Origin: an uncultured Actinomycetota bacterium
Lineage (GTDB): Bacteria; Actinomycetota; Actinomycetes; Mycobacteriales; CADCTP01
Assembly (NCBI GenBank): GCA_963714145.1
Contig: OY970235.1
Coordinates: 7,744,407 to 7,808,406, forward strand
Reading direction: 5' to 3'
Length of the DNA stretch: 64,000 bases
The translations under genes and the position numbers were made by a program. Below are positions 12,001 to 22,454 of the stretch, piece by piece (the stretch's first letter is position 1; the number at the start of each line of letters is the position of its first letter). The notes under the pieces are model-generated. The model was not told the origin of the DNA. It did not search any database and saw only the letters and a program-made list of their open reading frames with translations.

Positions 12001-15000
12001 GCGCACGACGCGGTGTCCAGCGCGTCGGTCCGGGTGGAGTTGCCGCCGGCCGAGTCGAGCCTGCTGCGGGAGACCGCCAAGCGGGCCCGGCTGACCCTGA
12101 ACACGGTCGTGCAGGGTGCCTGGGCGGTGTTGCTGGCTGGTTATGGCGGTGTGGGTGAGGTGGTGTTCGGGTCGACGGTGTCGGGTCGGCCGGCTGAGTT
12201 GGCTGGGGTCGAGTCGATGGTGGGGATGTTCATCAATACGATCCCGACCCGGGTCCGGGTGGAGGGTTCCGGTGAGTTGGTGCCGTGGCTGCGGGAGTTG
12301 CAGGCGGCGCAGACCGAGGCGCGGCGGTTCGACTTCGTATCGCTGCCGCAGCTGCAGTCCTGGGCCGACCTGCCCGCCGGCGCAAGCCTGTTCGACAGCA
12401 TGATCGTGTTCGAGAACTACCCGATCGACACCGACACCACCGCCGGGCTGCCCCAGGTGCGCGGGGTGGACGGGATCGACACGACCAACTTCCCGCTCAG
12501 CCTCAGCGCCTACCTGGACGACCGGCTCTGCTTCGAGCTGGACTACGACCCGCGGCTGTTCGACGCCGCGACGATCGAGCGGCTGACCGGTCACCTGGTC
12601 GCGCTGCTGGCCGGTATCGCCGGCAACCCGGACCGCCGCCTCGCCGACCTTCAGCTGCTGTCCGCAGCCGAGCGCGAGCAGTTGCTGGTGGGCTGGAACC
12701 AGACCGCGCTGCCGGTGCCGCCCGCCAGCTATCCGGAGATCTTCGAGGCCCAGGCCGCGCACACGCCACACGCGACCGCCCTCGTCTGCGGCGACGCCCG
12801 GCTCAGCTACGCCGAGCTCAACGCCCGAGCCAACCAACTCGCCCGCTACCTGGTCGCCGTCGGGATCCGGCCGGAACAGATCGTCGCACTCGCCCTGCCC
12901 CGCACCACCGACATGATCATCGCACTGCTCGCCGTCCTCAAGACCGGCGCCACCTATCTCCCGGTCGACCGCGACCTGCCCGCCGACCGGATCGGCTACC
13001 TGCTCACCGACGCCGACCCCGCTCTCGTCCTGACCACCCGCGACAGCACGAACGTCCAGGCTGGACTGACCTGCCGGCACCGCCCGCTGATGCTGGACGA
13101 TCCGGCGCTGGTCGCGGCCGTTGCGTCCTGCCCCGACACCGACCTGTCCGATGTGGAGCGGGCCGGGCCGCTGGCCGCGGAGGCAGCCGCCTACGTGATC
13201 TACACGTCGGGTTCGACCGGGCGGCCGAAGGGTGTCGTGGTCTCGCACGGCAACCTGGCCAACCTGTTCCACGCGCACCGCACCGGCCTGTTCGCCGCCC
13301 CGCTGGCCGGCGCCGCCGAACGGTCCGGGCGGGTCCGGGTCGCGCTGACCGCGGTGTTCTCGTTCGACACGTCCTGGGAAGGCCCGCTGCTGATGGCGGC
13401 CGGGCACGAACTGCACCTGATCGACGACGACACCCGGCTCGACACGGCCGCCCTGGTCGACTACATCGCCACCAACCGGATCGACTTCCTGGACCTGACG
13501 CCCTCGTATGCTCGGCAGCTGGTCGCGGCCGGGCTGCTGACCGACCCGCGGCACCGGCCGGCCGCGCTGATGCTCGGCGGCGAGGCGCTCGGCGAGACAC
13601 TCTGGCGCGACCTCGCCACCGCCGAAGGCACGACCAGCCTCAACTACTACGGCCCGACCGAGTGCACCGTGGACGCGCTCGCCCATCCGATCACCGCGGC
13701 CGATCCGCGGCCACTGGTAGGCCGTCCACTCGGGAACGTCCAGGCGTACATCTTGGACGATCGGCTCCAGCCGATACCGGTCGGCGCTCCGGGTGAGCTG
13801 TACCTGGCCGGTGCCCAGGTGGCCCGCGGCTACCTGAACCGGCCCGGGCTGACCGCCGACCGGTTCGTCCCCGACCCGTACGGTGCACCCGGCACCCGGA
13901 TGTACCGCACCGGCGACCGCGCCCGCTGGACACCAGACGGCGCCATCGACTACCTCGGCCGCGCCGACGACCAGGTCAAAATCCGCGGCCACCGGATCGA
14001 ACCCGCCGAAATCGAAACCGCACTGCTGCAGCACCCGGAACTGGCCGCTGCCGCGGTGATCGCCCGGGGCGGCGAGCCGGACGGCTCCGGCCACCTGCGC
14101 CTGATCGCCTACTGCGTGCCCGCCGTGGGCCGGGAGCTGCCGGCCGATCTGCGCGGCTGGCTCGCCGGGACGCTGCCCGACTACATGCTGCCGGCCGCGT
14201 TCGTCCGGCTGGACACGCTGCCGCTGACCTCGGCCGGCAAGCTCGACCGCCGCGCGCTGCCGGCGCCGGAGTTCGACCTGCCCGCGGGCACCGGGTACGT
14301 CCCGCCGACCACGGCGGCGGAGCGGGAGCTGGCCCGGATCTGGGCCGAGGTGCTGCGGGTGGCCGAGGTCGGCGTCCAGGACAACTTCTTCGAGCTGGGT
14401 GGTGACTCGATCCTCGCCATCCAGGTGGTCTCCCGGGCCAGGGCCGCGCTCGGCGTGCAGCTCTCGCCGCGGGCGCTGTTCGGCACGCCGACGATCGCCG
14501 CGCTGGCCGGCGCGATGTCGACGGCCGACCCGGCACCGGCCGGCATCCCGACCCGCCGCCGCGATGGCACGTTGCCGCTCTCGTTCGCCCAGCAGCGGCT
14601 CTGGTTCCTGCACGAGTTCGATCCGGACGGTTCCGAGTACGTCACGCCGACCGCGCTGCGGCTGCGCGGCACGCTGGACCACGAGGCGCTGCGGGTCGCG
14701 TTCGGCCGGCTGGTCGAGCGGCACGAGTCACTGCGCACCACGTTCGACTCGACCGACGGCAACCCGACCCAGGTGGTGCACCCGCCGTACCAGCCGGAGA
14801 TCGAGTTCATCGATCTCGCCGGGGTGTCCGAACCGGACGGCACCCTGCTGCGGCTGCTGGCCGAGGAGAGCAGCTACCCGTTCGACCTGCACCGCGGCCC
14901 ACTGCTCCGGGTGAAGCTGATCCGGCTCGGCGCCGACGACCAGGCATTGTCGATCACCATGCACCACATCGTGACCGACGGCTGGTCCACCGGCATCCTG

Positions 15001-18000
15001 CTGACCGACCTGGCCGAGTTCTACACCGCCGCCGTCGAGGGCCGGCCGGCGGACCTGCCCCCACTCCCGATCCAGTACGCCGACTTCGCGGCCTGGCAAC
15101 GCGAACAGCACGCCGGCTCCACTGTGGACGGCCAGCTCGACTACTGGCGTACCGCGCTCGCCGACGCGCCGACGCTGGAGTTGCCCATCGATCACCCGCG
15201 TCCGCTGGTACAGACCAAGAACGGCGGCACCGTCGACGTCACGCTGTCCGCGGAAGTGACCGAGCGGCTCAAGCGGATCGGGCAGCGGCACGACGCGACG
15301 CTGTTCATGACGCTGACCGCCGCCTACCAGACCCTGCTCGCCCGGTGGACCGGGCAGCGCGACATCACGATCGGCACGGTCACCGCCGGCCGCGACCACC
15401 CCGACCTCGGCCACCTCATCGGCTTCTTCGTGAACACCCTGGCGCTGCGTTCCACAGTGGACCAGACCGCCACGTTCACCGAGCACCTCGCCGCCGTACG
15501 GGAGACCGTGCTCGGGGCGTTCGGCAACGCCGATGTCCCGTTCGAGCGGTTGGTGGACGAGCTGCAGCCCACCCGCGACACCAGCCGGACGCCGCTGTTC
15601 CAGACCATGCTCTCGCTGCAGAACACGCCGACCGCGGCCGGCGGGCTGCCCGGGCTGGAACTGTCCGACCTGGAGCCGCCGACCGCGACCGCACCGTTCG
15701 ACCTGACCGTCGAGTTCGGTGAGTCGGAGACCGGCCTGCAGGGCGTGCTGACCTACAACACCGACCTGTTCGACGGCAGCACCGGGCAGCGGCTGGCCGA
15801 GCAGCTGCGCATCCTGCTGCACGGCATCGCCGCCGACGCCGACCGCCCGCTCGTCGACCTGCCGATGCTGCCGGCAGCGGAGCGGGACCGGCTGGACAGC
15901 TGGAACGCGACCGACCGGGCGATCGGGCCGGTCACCTTCCCGGCGCTGTTCGAGGCCCAGGTGGCCCGGACCCCGGCCGCACCGGCGCTGCTGACCGGCG
16001 ACGGCCCGATCAGCTACGCCGAGCTGAACGCCCGGGCGAACCGGTTGGCCCGGGTGCTGATCCAGCACGGTGCCGGCCCGGAGCGGATCGTCGCGCTCGC
16101 CCTGCCCCGCTCGGTGGACATTGTCACCGCGCAGCTCGCGGTGCTGAAGGCCGGCGCCGCGTACCTGCCGATCGACCCGGCCTACCCGGCCGACCGGATC
16201 GCGTTCATGCTCGCGGACGCGCGGCCGGTGCTCACCCTGGCCCACCGGGACGGCGCGCCCGCCGGCAACGTCCTCGCCGTCGACGACCCGACCGTCCAGT
16301 CCATTGTGGACGACCAGCCGGACGGTGACCTCACCGACGCCGACCGGATCGCACCGCTGCGGATCACGCATCCGGCCTACGTCATCTACACCTCCGGCTC
16401 GACCGGAAAGCCCAAGGGTGTCGTCATCGCGCACACCGGGCTGGCCAGCTTTGCCGCCGCCGAGATCGAACGGTTCGACGTGCGGCCCGGCGACCGGGTG
16501 CTGGAGTTCTCCTCGCCCAGCTTCGACGCGTCCGTGCTGGAGCTGTGCATGTCGCTGCCGGCCGGCGCCGCGCTGGTCGTACCGCCGCCGGGCCCGCTGC
16601 TCGGCCAGCAGCTCGCCGACGTCCTGGCCGCGAACAAGGTGACCCACGCGCTGATCCCGCCGGCCGCGCTGGCCACCGTGCCGGCCGCCGACCTGACCGA
16701 GTTCCGCGGGCTGATCGTCGGCGGCGACGCCTGCACGGCCGAGCTGGTGCAGCGCTGGGCGCCGGGCCGGCAGATGATCAACGCGTACGGGCCGACCGAG
16801 TCCACTGTGGTCGCGACCTGGTCGGCGCCGCTGGTGCCGGGGCCGAGCGCGCCGCCGATCGGTCGACCGATCCTGAACACCCGTGCCTACGTGCTGGACG
16901 CGCTGCTGCGGCCGGTGCCGATCGGCGTGCCCGGCGAGCTGTACGTGGCCGGCATCGGGTTGGCCCGCGGCTACCTGAACCGGCCCGGGCTGACCAGCGA
17001 GCGGTTCGTGGCCAACCCGTACGGCCAGCCCGGCAGCCGGATGTACCGCACCGGCGACCGGGTCCGGTGGGCCGCCGACGGCCAGCTGACGTTCCTGGAA
17101 CGGGCCGATCACCAGGTGCAGATCCGCGGTTTCCGGGTCGAGCTCGGCGAGGTGGAGACGGCGTTGCTGCGGCACGAGGCGATCGCCGCGGCGGTGGTGA
17201 CGGCCCGCGCCGACACCGGCCACAAGCGACTCGTCGCCTACCTCGTGCCGGCCGGCCCGGAGCTGCCCGGCATTGCCGAGCTGCGCGAGTTCCTCGGCCG
17301 GACACTGCCCGACTACATGGTCCCGGCGGCGTTCGTCCCGCTGGCCGCGCTGCCGCTGAACCCGAACGGCAAGCTGGACCACCGGGCGCTGCCAGCACCG
17401 GCGCACGTCCAGCCGGCGGGGGAGGAGTACCGGCCACCGCGGACACCGACCGAGCGGACGCTGGCCGACATCTGGGCCGACGTGCTCGGCCTGGACCGGG
17501 TCGGCATCGAGGACAACTTCTTCGAGCTGGGCGGTGATTCGATCCTGTCCATCCAGGTCGTCTCCCGGGCCCGGCAGGCCGGGCTGCGGCTCACCCCGAA
17601 AGACCTGTTCGGGCACCAGACCGTGGCCAGCCTGGCGCCGGTCGTCACCGCCGAGACCGGCGGTGAGCCAGCGCGGGAGCAGGTGACCGGGGCGGTGCCG
17701 CTGACCCCGATCCAGCACTGGTTCTTCCAGCAGCAGCCCACCAGCCCGCACCACTTCAACCAGTCCACCCTCGCCGAGCTCACCGAGGACGTGGACGGCA
17801 CCCTGCTGGAGCGGGCGTTCGAGGCGCTGCTCACCCACCATGACGCGCTGCGGATGCGGTTCAAGCAGGTGGACGGTCGCTGGCGGCAGTGGAACGCGCC
17901 GGCCGAGCCGACCCAGCTGCTCTTCCGCCGCGATCTGTCCGAGCTGGCCGAAGAGCGGCAGCTGGCCGCGATGGAGCAGGCCGCGGACGACCTGCACGCC

Positions 18001-19014
18001 AGCCTCGACCTGCGCCGCGGCCCGCTGTTGAAGGCGATGCTGTTCAACCGCGGCCCCGGCCGCCGGCCGATGTTGTTCGTCGCGGTGCACCACCTAGTCG
18101 TCGACGGCGTCTCCTGGCGGATCCTGCTGGACGACCTGGAGACCGCCTACCGGCAGGCGGCCAGCGGCGGCCCGATCGACCTGGGCGCCAAGACCACCTC
18201 GGTCCAGGAGTGGTCCGAGCGGCTGAGCGAGTACGTCCGCTCCGGCGGCCTGGACCGCGAGTTGGCGCACTGGGCCGCGGCCGCGCCGGCCGGCCCGCTC
18301 CCGGTCGACCGGCCGCCGGCCGAACAGCCGGCACCGGTCCGAACGGTCGCCATCGCACTGTCCACTGCGGACACCGAGGCACTGCTGCGGGCCGCGCCCG
18401 GCGTCTACCGCACCCAGGTGAACGACGTGCTGCTGGCCGCGCTGGCCTCGGCGCTGTCGAACTGGACCGGACAGCGCCGGGTCGCGGTCGACCTGGAGGG
18501 GCACGGCCGGGAGGAGATCCTGGACGGCGTCGACCTGTCCCGCACGGTCGGCTGGTTCACCACGGTGTTCCCGGTCGCGCTGGAGGTGCCGGCCGGCAGC
18601 CCGGACTGGCGGACGCTGATCAAGTCGATCCGCCGGCAGTTGCGCTCCGTTCCCGGCAACGGGTTCGGCTACGGCGCCCTGCGGTACCTCGGCTCGCCGG
18701 CGGTGGCCGATCGGCTGCCGGACGCTCCCGGCGCGGAGGTCGTGTTCAACTACCTCGGCCAGTGGGACGCCCGCTCGCAGCAGGCCGAGACCGGCCTGAT
18801 CCAGGTCTCGCACGGCTCGTTCGGCCAGGACCATGATCCGGCCGACCAGGGTTCGCACCTGCTCGAAGTGGTCGGCGCCGCGTCCGGCGGGCAGCTGGAG
18901 TTCACCTGGTACTATCGGCCGGACCGGCACGACGAGTCCACAGTGGAATCCGTCGCGGCCGGCTTCGCCGCCGCGCTGCGCCAGATCGCGCAGGACTGCC
19001 GGGCCGCCCGATGA
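1..19014 (+). CDS. Non-ribosomal peptide synthetase, 5'-truncated by the window; five modules visible: (C)-A-T-E / C-A-T / C-A-T-E / C-A-T / C-A-T-E; no terminal TE or reductase
   Basis: Frame is open from base 1 ([10 protein letters not shown]..., end of a C domain). Five A domains with YTSGSTG(L/R/K)PKG, YGPTE and YRTGD motifs; five PCP motifs FFELGGDSI (~1980, 6550, 9750, 14390, 17520); three E domains HHL(V)(V/I)DGVSW (~2545, 10325, 18090); C domains [18 protein letters not shown] (DCL-type, after E) and [18 protein letters not shown] (LCL-type). Stop at 19014 overlaps the next start (ATGA). Confidence 0.97.
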   Translation, partial: DASRNPLFDVLVLLQNAQPALPEFAGLRVAEVDVPRRAANFDISLEFHQRTGAAGETLAGLLEYNTDLFDAGTIERLISHLTVLLDAIATEPGRPLASLPWLSTVEREQVLSGWNDTRRAVPAGTIASLFAEQVRRTPAATAVVAPDGTLSYAEVDARASRLAHRLHALGVGPDSLVCLLMERSADVVVAELAVAKAGGGYVPLDVRAPASRLRPLVAETAGPVLLTDRAWLPTAETIHDGHVLVVRDAAGPAAILDTLPPALPEAGPENLAYVMYTSGSTGLPKGVAIRQRDVVALAFDHRFRNGAHQRVLLHSPLAFDASTYELWAPLLSGGQVVIAPPGDVDVDTVRRAITEHGVTGMWLTAGLFRLLVGEDPGCLAGLREVWTGGDVVPAAAVRRLQAACPDVVVVDGYGPTEATTFATSYRMAGLGSVSETVPIGAPLDNMQVFVLDSAQSPVPIGVAGELYIAGAGLARGYLNRPGLTAERFVANPYGAPGARMYRTGDVVRWRPDGTVEFVGRADDQVKIRGFRIEPGEIEGVLTRHPDVAEAVVIARADGGRKQLVAYLVPAAGADLPSTSDLRSWLKRSLPDYMVPAAFVPLAEVPLTANAKVDRRALPAPDPNADPAGRYLAPRTPAERELAGIWSDVLGADRVGIEDNFFELGGDSILSIQVVTRARQAGLQLTSRDVFRYQTVAELAAQAGSEIRPAAGPGSVGPVPVGAIQRWFFDSDPPDLNHFSMSTLVELAPDVDPVALRSAVDAVVAHHEALRTRFQHTDAGWTQQVSTEPLAGVLASRDLSELDGPAQQAAIEAEALAAQTSLDITAGPLVRAVLFTLGGGHRPQLFLTVHHLVVDGVSWRILLGDLETAYRQAVGGQPITLPPVGTPATEWTARLIDRVAAGELAGELPYWASMVEGAAADLPVDRAGANTVGSARTIAVRLGPADTDALLHQLPGRFRTQVNDVLLSALGAAVTRWAGVSRVLVELEGHGREEEAVAGADLARTVGWFTSQFPVALTAPAGRNWGDVLKSTKERLATLPHRGLGYAALRYLGGPASPGADQPDPQLSFNYHGQWDLAGTGLYRARCATPGRDFAIAAERAHLLDVTGLVENGELELSWTYSTAVHDEATVRRVAGEMLDALREIVAYCAQPGVGGRTPSDFPLARLTQAQVDSIVGDGRSVADVHPLTALQAGMLFHSLVDESSQAYFDQARIRLAGVTDPRALGEAWQRVVDRTPVLRSSVVWAGVTEPVQVIHRRVPLPVAYHDWREVSDVDAAAARVAEAERVAGLDLTRPPLLRVAIGHLPADEVLLIWTFHHVLLDGWSLGQVFAEVCEQYSAIVAGRRPELPPRRPFRDYLQWLRDQDRAEAEAYWRGVLSGVDAATPLPYDRPPVEAHRAESAGSVRRTLPAERSTALRRLVKRNGLTLNTVVQGAWAVLLAGYGGVGEVVFGSTVSGRPAELAGVESMVGMFINTIPTRVRVEGSRELVPWLRELQAAQTEARRFDFVSLPQLQSWADLPAGASLFDSMVVFENYPFDAAPAAEAGLRIREVQAQDTTSYPLSLSAYLDDRLHFDLAYDPRLFDAATVERMLGHLDLLLAGMAEDPDRTLAALPLLTPAEREQLLVGWNQTRLPVPAGSYPELFEAQAAATPDTTALVCGGVRLSYRELNTRANRLARYLVAVGIRPEQIVALALPRTADMIVALLAVLKAGAVYLPVDRGLPADRIGYLLTDADPALVLTTRDSTNVRSAVDGRRTRMLDCPDAAAAISGYAGTDLTDVERAGPLTPGSAAYVIYTSGSTGRPKGVVVSHGNLANLFHAHRTGLLAGPLDTAIERSGRARVALTAVFSFDTSWEGPLLMAAGHELHLIDDDTRLDPAALVDYVATNRIDFLDLTPSYAQQLVAAGLLTDPRHQPATLMLGGEAVGGALWRDLATTEGTTSLNFYGPTECTVDTLSYPVTAADPRPLVGRPLGNVQAYILDGRLGPVPVGAAGELYLAGAQVARGYLNRPGLTADRFVPDPYGAPGTRMYRTGDRARWTPDGAIDYLGRADDQVKIRGHRIEPAEIETALLQHPAVAAAAVIARQDGGPTRLVAYLVLATPELPPDLRGWLSRTLPDYMLPAAFVPLAALPLTSAGKLDRRALPAPDFDRASGADFAAPRTPAERELAQIWADVLGLTRVGRHDSFFELGGDSILSIQVASRARTALGVDISPRALFTTPTIAGLAAGLPTGTGPELTGIPVHPRDGALPLSFAQQRLWFLHEFEPDSTEYITPTALRLHGTLDQAALRTAFNQLAERHESLRTTFDSTDGSPSQVVHPPSEVDLPVLDLTGCPAAERDARLQDALAEESGRPFDLQRGPLLRVRLIRLAADDHALAITMHHIITDGWSAGVLLTDLAALYAAALGAEPAGRPELPVQFADFAAWQRARHTSSTVDSQLDYWRTQLAGAPPLDLPTDRPRPTVRTRNGATIEFELPVETTAALKKLGQHHDATLFMTLAAAYQVLLSRWTGQADISVGTVTAGRDHPDLEHLIGFFVKTLVLRSTVVPDSTFTEFLADLKRTAVDAFEHADIPFERLVDELQPTRDTSRTPLFQTMIALHNTPVGVAELPGLELTEIEPPAGTAAFDLGVDFQERDGVLAGSMNYNTDLFDASTVHRMVGQLLVLLDGIAADPARPVADLPVLSEAEHRQVLQEWNGTDLPAVVDSFVELFEAQAARTPDHTAVVAGGEQRSYAELNAEANRLARLLIQQGAGPERIVALALPRTTTVIAALLAVLKAGAVYLPVERELPPDRIGYLFDDASPALVVTTRDSVNVHSGAQSAGSRLLVLDDPDVAAAAAMQPAVDLTDAERGWPIRPDSSAYVIYTSGSTGRPKGVLIPHRGLVSLARGQQSWLQPLVAHLGRLRFAQTAVFSFDTSWEGPLLMAAGHELHLIDEETRLDAPALVDYIAERRIDALDLTPTHIQHLLANGLLTDVRHRPGLLMAGGEPVSEALWQELSAVDGTLSVNVYGPTECTVDATAHPISPGSRPAIGRPLPNLRTYVLDERLHPVPVGIPGELHLAGPQLARGYLNRPGLTGERFIANPYGRPGSRMYRTGDRVRWTADGVLEHLGRTDQQVKIRGFRIEPGEIESALLAHPAVVAAAVVAWENEAGHRQLVAYLVPAPDATLLGPAELRPWLKRTLPEYMVPAGYVTLDALPLTSSGKLDRRALPAPVFEATGDGGYVPPRSPVEQELARVWAGVLGAARVGIEDNFFELGGDSILSIQVVARARQAGLRLSAKDIFLYQTIAELAASVALVDEPTGAAQPVIEGPAPLGPIQQWFLETETGTPNHFTMSMLVDLAPDTDTETLRSAVDAVIAQHSAFRLRFRDIDGRWQQELTPPLAAGGVQVVDLSELDGAAQQAAIEAEALAAQTGLDIAAGPMHAARLFLLGAGRRPRLFLTVHHLVIDGVSWRILFEDIETAYQQLRSGQPVALGPVGTGYLEWTTRLAEHVHSGQLDADLAYWAQRSAGAGDALPVDRVGTNTVGSSETITVRLGAEETDALLHQVPGVFRTQVNDVLLSALGAAVATWTGRDRVLVALEGHGREEILAGVDLSRTVGWFTAEFPVALTMPAGAVPTGAVPAGDWGAVLKSVKEQLRAVPHRGLSYGALRYLSGPDSPASVLRADPMPQISLNYHGQWGVGGAATGLFQGGGAGVGQDAAPGSPRSYLLEITGAVENGELELGWTYSTAVHDEATVRRLAQSVLVALREIVAYCARPEAGGRTPSDFPLAGLTQSQVDTVVGDGRSVEDVYPLTALQAGMLFHSLVDGRSAYFDQLRIRLGGITDPQALGAAWQRVVDRTPVLRSSVCWDGVPEPLQVVHRRVGLPVEHHDWRALSDQDAERAIERALAADHAAGVDLTAAPLLRVMIGRLSDDEVLLVWTAHHILLDGWSLGQVFAEVCEQYSAIVAGRRPELTPRRPFRDYLQWLHDQDPAGAEAHWRAVLSGVDAATPLPYDRPPVEAHDAVSSASVRVELPPAESSLLRETAKRARLTLNTVVQGAWAVLLAGYGGVGEVVFGSTVSGRPAELAGVESMVGMFINTIPTRVRVEGSGELVPWLRELQAAQTEARRFDFVSLPQLQSWADLPAGASLFDSMIVFENYPIDTDTTAGLPQVRGVDGIDTTNFPLSLSAYLDDRLCFELDYDPRLFDAATIERLTGHLVALLAGIAGNPDRRLADLQLLSAAEREQLLVGWNQTALPVPPASYPEIFEAQAAHTPHATALVCGDARLSYAELNARANQLARYLVAVGIRPEQIVALALPRTTDMIIALLAVLKTGATYLPVDRDLPADRIGYLLTDADPALVLTTRDSTNVQAGLTCRHRPLMLDDPALVAAVASCPDTDLSDVERAGPLAAEAAAYVIYTSGSTGRPKGVVVSHGNLANLFHAHRTGLFAAPLAGAAERSGRVRVALTAVFSFDTSWEGPLLMAAGHELHLIDDDTRLDTAALVDYIATNRIDFLDLTPSYARQLVAAGLLTDPRHRPAALMLGGEALGETLWRDLATAEGTTSLNYYGPTECTVDALAHPITAADPRPLVGRPLGNVQAYILDDRLQPIPVGAPGELYLAGAQVARGYLNRPGLTADRFVPDPYGAPGTRMYRTGDRARWTPDGAIDYLGRADDQVKIRGHRIEPAEIETALLQHPELAAAAVIARGGEPDGSGHLRLIAYCVPAVGRELPADLRGWLAGTLPDYMLPAAFVRLDTLPLTSAGKLDRRALPAPEFDLPAGTGYVPPTTAAERELARIWAEVLRVAEVGVQDNFFELGGDSILAIQVVSRARAALGVQLSPRALFGTPTIAALAGAMSTADPAPAGIPTRRRDGTLPLSFAQQRLWFLHEFDPDGSEYVTPTALRLRGTLDHEALRVAFGRLVERHESLRTTFDSTDGNPTQVVHPPYQPEIEFIDLAGVSEPDGTLLRLLAEESSYPFDLHRGPLLRVKLIRLGADDQALSITMHHIVTDGWSTGILLTDLAEFYTAAVEGRPADLPPLPIQYADFAAWQREQHAGSTVDGQLDYWRTALADAPTLELPIDHPRPLVQTKNGGTVDVTLSAEVTERLKRIGQRHDATLFMTLTAAYQTLLARWTGQRDITIGTVTAGRDHPDLGHLIGFFVNTLALRSTVDQTATFTEHLAAVRETVLGAFGNADVPFERLVDELQPTRDTSRTPLFQTMLSLQNTPTAAGGLPGLELSDLEPPTATAPFDLTVEFGESETGLQGVLTYNTDLFDGSTGQRLAEQLRILLHGIAADADRPLVDLPMLPAAERDRLDSWNATDRAIGPVTFPALFEAQVARTPAAPALLTGDGPISYAELNARANRLARVLIQHGAGPERIVALALPRSVDIVTAQLAVLKAGAAYLPIDPAYPADRIAFMLADARPVLTLAHRDGAPAGNVLAVDDPTVQSIVDDQPDGDLTDADRIAPLRITHPAYVIYTSGSTGKPKGVVIAHTGLASFAAAEIERFDVRPGDRVLEFSSPSFDASVLELCMSLPAGAALVVPPPGPLLGQQLADVLAANKVTHALIPPAALATVPAADLTEFRGLIVGGDACTAELVQRWAPGRQMINAYGPTESTVVATWSAPLVPGPSAPPIGRPILNTRAYVLDALLRPVPIGVPGELYVAGIGLARGYLNRPGLTSERFVANPYGQPGSRMYRTGDRVRWAADGQLTFLERADHQVQIRGFRVELGEVETALLRHEAIAAAVVTARADTGHKRLVAYLVPAGPELPGIAELREFLGRTLPDYMVPAAFVPLAALPLNPNGKLDHRALPAPAHVQPAGEEYRPPRTPTERTLADIWADVLGLDRVGIEDNFFELGGDSILSIQVVSRARQAGLRLTPKDLFGHQTVASLAPVVTAETGGEPAREQVTGAVPLTPIQHWFFQQQPTSPHHFNQSTLAELTEDVDGTLLERAFEALLTHHDALRMRFKQVDGRWRQWNAPAEPTQLLFRRDLSELAEERQLAAMEQAADDLHASLDLRRGPLLKAMLFNRGPGRRPMLFVAVHHLVVDGVSWRILLDDLETAYRQAASGGPIDLGAKTTSVQEWSERLSEYVRSGGLDRELAHWAAAAPAGPLPVDRPPAEQPAPVRTVAIALSTADTEALLRAAPGVYRTQVNDVLLAALASALSNWTGQRRVAVDLEGHGREEILDGVDLSRTVGWFTTVFPVALEVPAGSPDWRTLIKSIRRQLRSVPGNGFGYGALRYLGSPAVADRLPDAPGAEVVFNYLGQWDARSQQAETGLIQVSHGSFGQDHDPADQGSHLLEVVGAASGGQLEFTWYYRPDRHDESTVESVAAGFAAALRQIAQDCRAAR
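3961..6212 (+). repeat. Internal NRPS duplication, copy 1 (DCL C domain plus A domain of visible module 2)
   Basis: Near-identical DNA blocks recur at a constant offset of 7821 nt (3961/11782, 4291/12112, 6016/13837). Confidence 0.9.
11782..14033 (+). repeat. Internal NRPS duplication, copy 2 (DCL C domain plus A domain of visible module 4)
   Basis: Matches 3961-6212 at +7821 nt, with long identical stretches that include rare-codon G/T-rich and C/A-rich patches. Confidence 0.9.
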
Positions 19015-20516
19015 CCGGCCAGCCCGTGGCTCCGCCGGCGGCCGCGCCGGCAAAGCCACCGCTGTCCCGCAACCGCGACTACCGGCTGCTGTGGACCAGC
19101 CAGGCCCTGGCCGAGTTCGGGGTGAACGCGACGATCATCGCGTTCCCGCTGCTGGTGCTCGCGCTCACCGGCTCGGCGGCCGCGTCCGGGCTGGTGCTCG
19201 GCACGATCGCGGCGGCCCAACTGGCTGCCGGGCTGCCGGCCGGCGCACTGGTGGACCGGTGGAACCGCAAGCGACTGATGCTCGGCTGCGAGGCGGCCCA
19301 GGCGGTGGCCGCGGCCAGCCTGGTCGCCGTGCTGCTCTGGGGCACCGCGACGGTACCGCACCTGGTCGCCGTGGCCGCGGTGTTCGGGCTGTGCGCGGCG
19401 CTGTTCGAGCCGGCCGAGGAGTCCTGCCTGCCGAACCTGGTCGAGCCCGAGCAGCTGCCCACCGCGATCGCGATGAACTCGGCCCGCGGCTACCTGGGCC
19501 ACCTCTCCGGCACGGCCGCCGGCGGGTTCCTGTTCACACTGGGCCGGTTCGTGCCGTTCGCGGCGGACGTGGTCACGCACACCGCGGCGTTCTGCACGCT
19601 GGCCTTCGTGCGGGTGCCCGCCCGGGCGAAGGTCGAGGTGGAACGCAAGCACCTGGGCCGGGAGATCGCCGACGGGCTGCGCTGGGTCTGGCGGCACCGG
19701 CACATCCGGGTCACCATGCTCTGCGCCGTCGTGCTGAACCTGTTCTTCAGCGCCTTCTACATCGTGGTGATCGTGCTCGCCCAGCGCCGCGGTGTCCCCA
19801 GTGGACAGATCGGCATCATGGCCGCGATGCTCGGCATCGGCGGAATAGCCGGGGCGCTGCTCGCCCCGTACCTGCACCGGGTGCTCAGCCCGTACCAGTC
19901 GATCGCCGGTGTCTTCTGGGCGTTGACCGTGCTCACCCCGGCGGCCGTGTTCGTCCACAATGGATACGCCATGGGCGGCCTGTTCGCCGCGATGGCGCTG
20001 CTCCCGCCGGCGGCGAACACCACGATCATGACGCAGCAGTTGCTGCTCACCCCGGATCATCTGCGCGGCCGGCTGAGCAGCGTGCTGGGCCTGGTCACCG
20101 GCGTCGCGGCCACCATCGGCCCGGTGCTCGGCGGCGTGCTCGCGCAGACCCTGGACGGCAGCCGACCGGTGCTCGTCTGCGCGGTCGGCATGGCCGTGGT
20201 CACCGTGGCCGTCACCGCCAGCGGCACGCTGCGCGGCTTCCCCACCCACCAGACCGCCGCGACCGACGTCGCGGCCGACCCGAGTCACAACCACCCGAAG
20301 GAGATGGAGATGGACGACAACGCCCGGTACGAGGTGCTCCGCAACGACGAGGACCAGTACTCGCTCTGGCTCGCCGGCCAGGAGGTACCGGCCGGCTGGC
20401 ACCGGGTAGGCAGGGAGGGCAGCAAGGAGGAGTGCTCGGCCTACGTCGACGAGGTATGGACCGACATGCGCCCGCGCAGCCTCCGCGAGCAGATGGACGG
20501 TGCGGCCAGCTCCTGA
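19011..20516 (+). CDS. MFS exporter with an in-frame C-terminal MbtH-like domain
   Basis: About 12 hydrophobic segments and MFS motif A ([12 protein letters not shown]). The C-terminal ~68 aa has the MbtH signature NDEDQYSLW...VPAGW...[14 protein letters not shown]. Confidence 0.92.
   Translation: MTGQPVAPPAAAPAKPPLSRNRDYRLLWTSQALAEFGVNATIIAFPLLVLALTGSAAASGLVLGTIAAAQLAAGLPAGALVDRWNRKRLMLGCEAAQAVAAASLVAVLLWGTATVPHLVAVAAVFGLCAALFEPAEESCLPNLVEPEQLPTAIAMNSARGYLGHLSGTAAGGFLFTLGRFVPFAADVVTHTAAFCTLAFVRVPARAKVEVERKHLGREIADGLRWVWRHRHIRVTMLCAVVLNLFFSAFYIVVIVLAQRRGVPSGQIGIMAAMLGIGGIAGALLAPYLHRVLSPYQSIAGVFWALTVLTPAAVFVHNGYAMGGLFAAMALLPPAANTTIMTQQLLLTPDHLRGRLSSVLGLVTGVAATIGPVLGGVLAQTLDGSRPVLVCAVGMAVVTVAVTASGTLRGFPTHQTAATDVAADPSHNHPKEMEMDDNARYEVLRNDEDQYSLWLAGQEVPAGWHRVGREGSKEECSAYVDEVWTDMRPRSLREQMDGAASS
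20310..20516 (+). CDS. mbtH: MbtH-like protein, possibly also translated from its own internal start
   Basis: AAGGAG at 20298-20303 lies 6 nt before an in-frame ATG at 20310. The product [20 protein letters not shown]... is a complete MbtH-like protein. Confidence 0.7.
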   Translation: MDDNARYEVLRNDEDQYSLWLAGQEVPAGWHRVGREGSKEECSAYVDEVWTDMRPRSLREQMDGAASS

Positions 20517-20654
20517 GCCACCCGGGCCGCGCCCCGGCCCGCGCAGACCCCGACGAGCCGCCGCCGTGGCGGCACGCCTGGCACATTGGTGCCGGCAGGC
20601 GTGCAACCCGGCGGCGGCTCGTTCGCCTTTCACTGAGTACCAGCGTCGATCGGG

Positions 20655-21197
20655 ATGGAGACAACGCCGGTGCGGGACGAGGAGGAACAGCAGTTCCGGG
20701 ACTATGTAGCCGGCCAGTCGGCCCGGCTGCGGCGGACCGCGTATCTGCTCTGCGGGGATTGGCATGCCAGTCAGGATCTTGTGCAAGAGACGTTGTGCCG
20801 GTTGTACGTGGTGTGGCCGCGGGTTTCCAAGCTGGAGCAGATCCACTTGTATGCCCGGAAGACCCTGCTGCGGGCGTACCTGCACACGCTCCGCCGCCGA
20901 CGATGGCGGGAGGAGCCGCTGCACCTGACCCCGGACATGGCTGATCGGGCCGGGCCGGCCGTCGAGGACCGGGTCGCGATGATCGCCGCCCTCGCCGTCG
21001 TCCCGCCCCGGCAGCGGGCGGTGCTCGTGCTCAGGTACTACGAGGATCTGAGCGTCGAGGACACCGCCGCGTTGTTGCGCTGCTCCACCGGCAACGTGAA
21101 GAGCCAGGCCGCCCGCGGGCTGGCGGCACTGCGCCGGGCGCTGGACCGGGACAGGCCCCGAAACGGGGCGGCAGACGCGAAGGAGCGGATCACATGA
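20655..21197 (+). CDS. ECF RNA polymerase sigma factor (actinobacterial SigE-like family)
   Basis: LRRTAYLLCGDWHASQDLVQETL (region 2) and PPRQRAVLVLRYYEDLSVEDTAALLRCSTGNVKSQAARGL (region 4). Confidence 0.93.
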   Translation: METTPVRDEEEQQFRDYVAGQSARLRRTAYLLCGDWHASQDLVQETLCRLYVVWPRVSKLEQIHLYARKTLLRAYLHTLRRRRWREEPLHLTPDMADRAGPAVEDRVAMIAALAVVPPRQRAVLVLRYYEDLSVEDTAALLRCSTGNVKSQAARGLAALRRALDRDRPRNGAADAKERIT

Positions 21198-22156
21198 TCG
21201 AGCCCGATGAGTTGCGGGCCGAACTGGCCCGGGCGGCCACCGCGGACGAACCCCCGCTGACCCTGGACACCGATCGGGTGGTGGCCGGTGGGAGGTCGCG
21301 GCGGCGCCGCCGGCAGGCGCTGCTCGGGGCCGGCGGGGCGCTGGCGGTGGCGATGGTGGTCGGGGTGCCGGCCTACCTGTTCGCCGGGCCGGGCATCGGC
21401 CTGAGCGGGTCGGGGATCGACGCCGCGGCCGGCGGCTCGATCCCGGTCACCCCGGGCGCGCCGCACAACGGTTGCGCCGGCCAGACCCGGTCCGGCTCGA
21501 CCCAGGGCTACGCGCTGGCGCAGTGGCTGCAGCCGCGGCTGCCCACCCGGCAGCACTACCAGACGATGAGCGGCTGGCAGGTTTCCTACCTGACGGACTG
21601 CGTGGACGGCGCCAAGCAGGACAGCACCGACGTCGGCTTCCGGGCCATCGAGCACGCCGGCGATGTGCAAGTGGTGCTCGAACGCAACACCCCGGCCGAG
21701 CCGGTGGCCAAGCCGTGCGTGCCCGCCGACGGCACGATCGCCCAGAAGAACGGCACCGCAACCGCGCCCCGCCCCAGCGGCGCGGCTGGCAACGGCCAGG
21801 CGAATGCCAGCGCGCAGGCCGACCCCGGCCGCCAGACCGGCGCCTCCAGCCCGCCGCCGTCCACCGGCCCGGCCGGCGATAAGTACGTCCGGTGCGAGAC
21901 CCGGCCGCTGGCCGGCGGCGCCAAGCTGACGATCGAGGAGCTCCGGGGAGCACAGCTCAGCCCGTCCGAAGACCGGTACGTCAGCCGGACGGTCCGGCTC
22001 TGGCGACCGGACGGCACGGTGACCAGCGTGACCGCGGACAACCGGCTGGTGGAAGATGGCCAGCACTCGGCCGCCCAACCGCCGCTGACCGTCAACGAGA
22101 TGATCGCCCTGGTGCAGAACCGCGACCTGCAGCTGTACCTGCCCCCGGCACGCTAG
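21194..22156 (+). CDS. Single-pass membrane protein coupled to the ECF sigma (putative anti-sigma or sensor)
   Basis: ATGA overlap with the sigma gene; short cytoplasmic N-terminus, RRRRRR patch, TM helix, and an extracellular domain with four Cys. Confidence 0.72.
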   Translation: MIEPDELRAELARAATADEPPLTLDTDRVVAGGRSRRRRRQALLGAGGALAVAMVVGVPAYLFAGPGIGLSGSGIDAAAGGSIPVTPGAPHNGCAGQTRSGSTQGYALAQWLQPRLPTRQHYQTMSGWQVSYLTDCVDGAKQDSTDVGFRAIEHAGDVQVVLERNTPAEPVAKPCVPADGTIAQKNGTATAPRPSGAAGNGQANASAQADPGRQTGASSPPPSTGPAGDKYVRCETRPLAGGAKLTIEELRGAQLSPSEDRYVSRTVRLWRPDGTVTSVTADNRLVEDGQHSAAQPPLTVNEMIALVQNRDLQLYLPPAR

Positions 22157-22281
22157 CCGGGCACCGGCCCGGTCGGGCGGCAACCCGACCGGGCGGCGGG
22201 TGCCCCGGCCGCACCCAGCCGTTGAGCCGGGAGCTCGCCGACCGGCAATCGGCCGATCCACCTGACAGCTGTCCGCAGGCC

Positions 22282-22319
22282 CCCGCCCGCGACCGGCCCA
22301 TCCGCCGGTCGCGGGCGGG
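22282..22319 (+). terminator. Strong GC hairpin, probable intrinsic terminator
   Basis: CCCGCCCGCGACCGGC (22282-22297) pairs perfectly with GCCGGTCGCGGGCGGG (22304-22319); 6-nt loop. Confidence 0.55.
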
Positions 22320-22357
22320 TTGCGTGCGGCCGTGCCCGGCTTGTGGCTGTCCCAAGT

Positions 22358-22398
22358 GGACTGCGAGCCGGACTGGGAGCCGGACTGCGAGCCGGACG
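22358..22398. repeat. 12-bp tandem repeat GGACTG(C/G)GAGCC, about 3.4 copies
   Basis: Read directly, upstream of the ABC ATPase gene. Confidence 0.7.
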
Positions 22399-22454
22399 GC
22401 ATGCCGGCGCCCGGCCGGCTGAGTAGTGTGCTCGCCGGTGGATCTGATCAGGAT

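Noticed and set aside
1366-18093. Very long antisense ORFs over the NRPS (1366..4776, 10969..14724, 14728..18093) and similar shadows elsewhere
   Set aside because: Expected in high-GC DNA, where the strand opposite a real gene lacks stops; they show no motifs and lie under a clearly functional gene.
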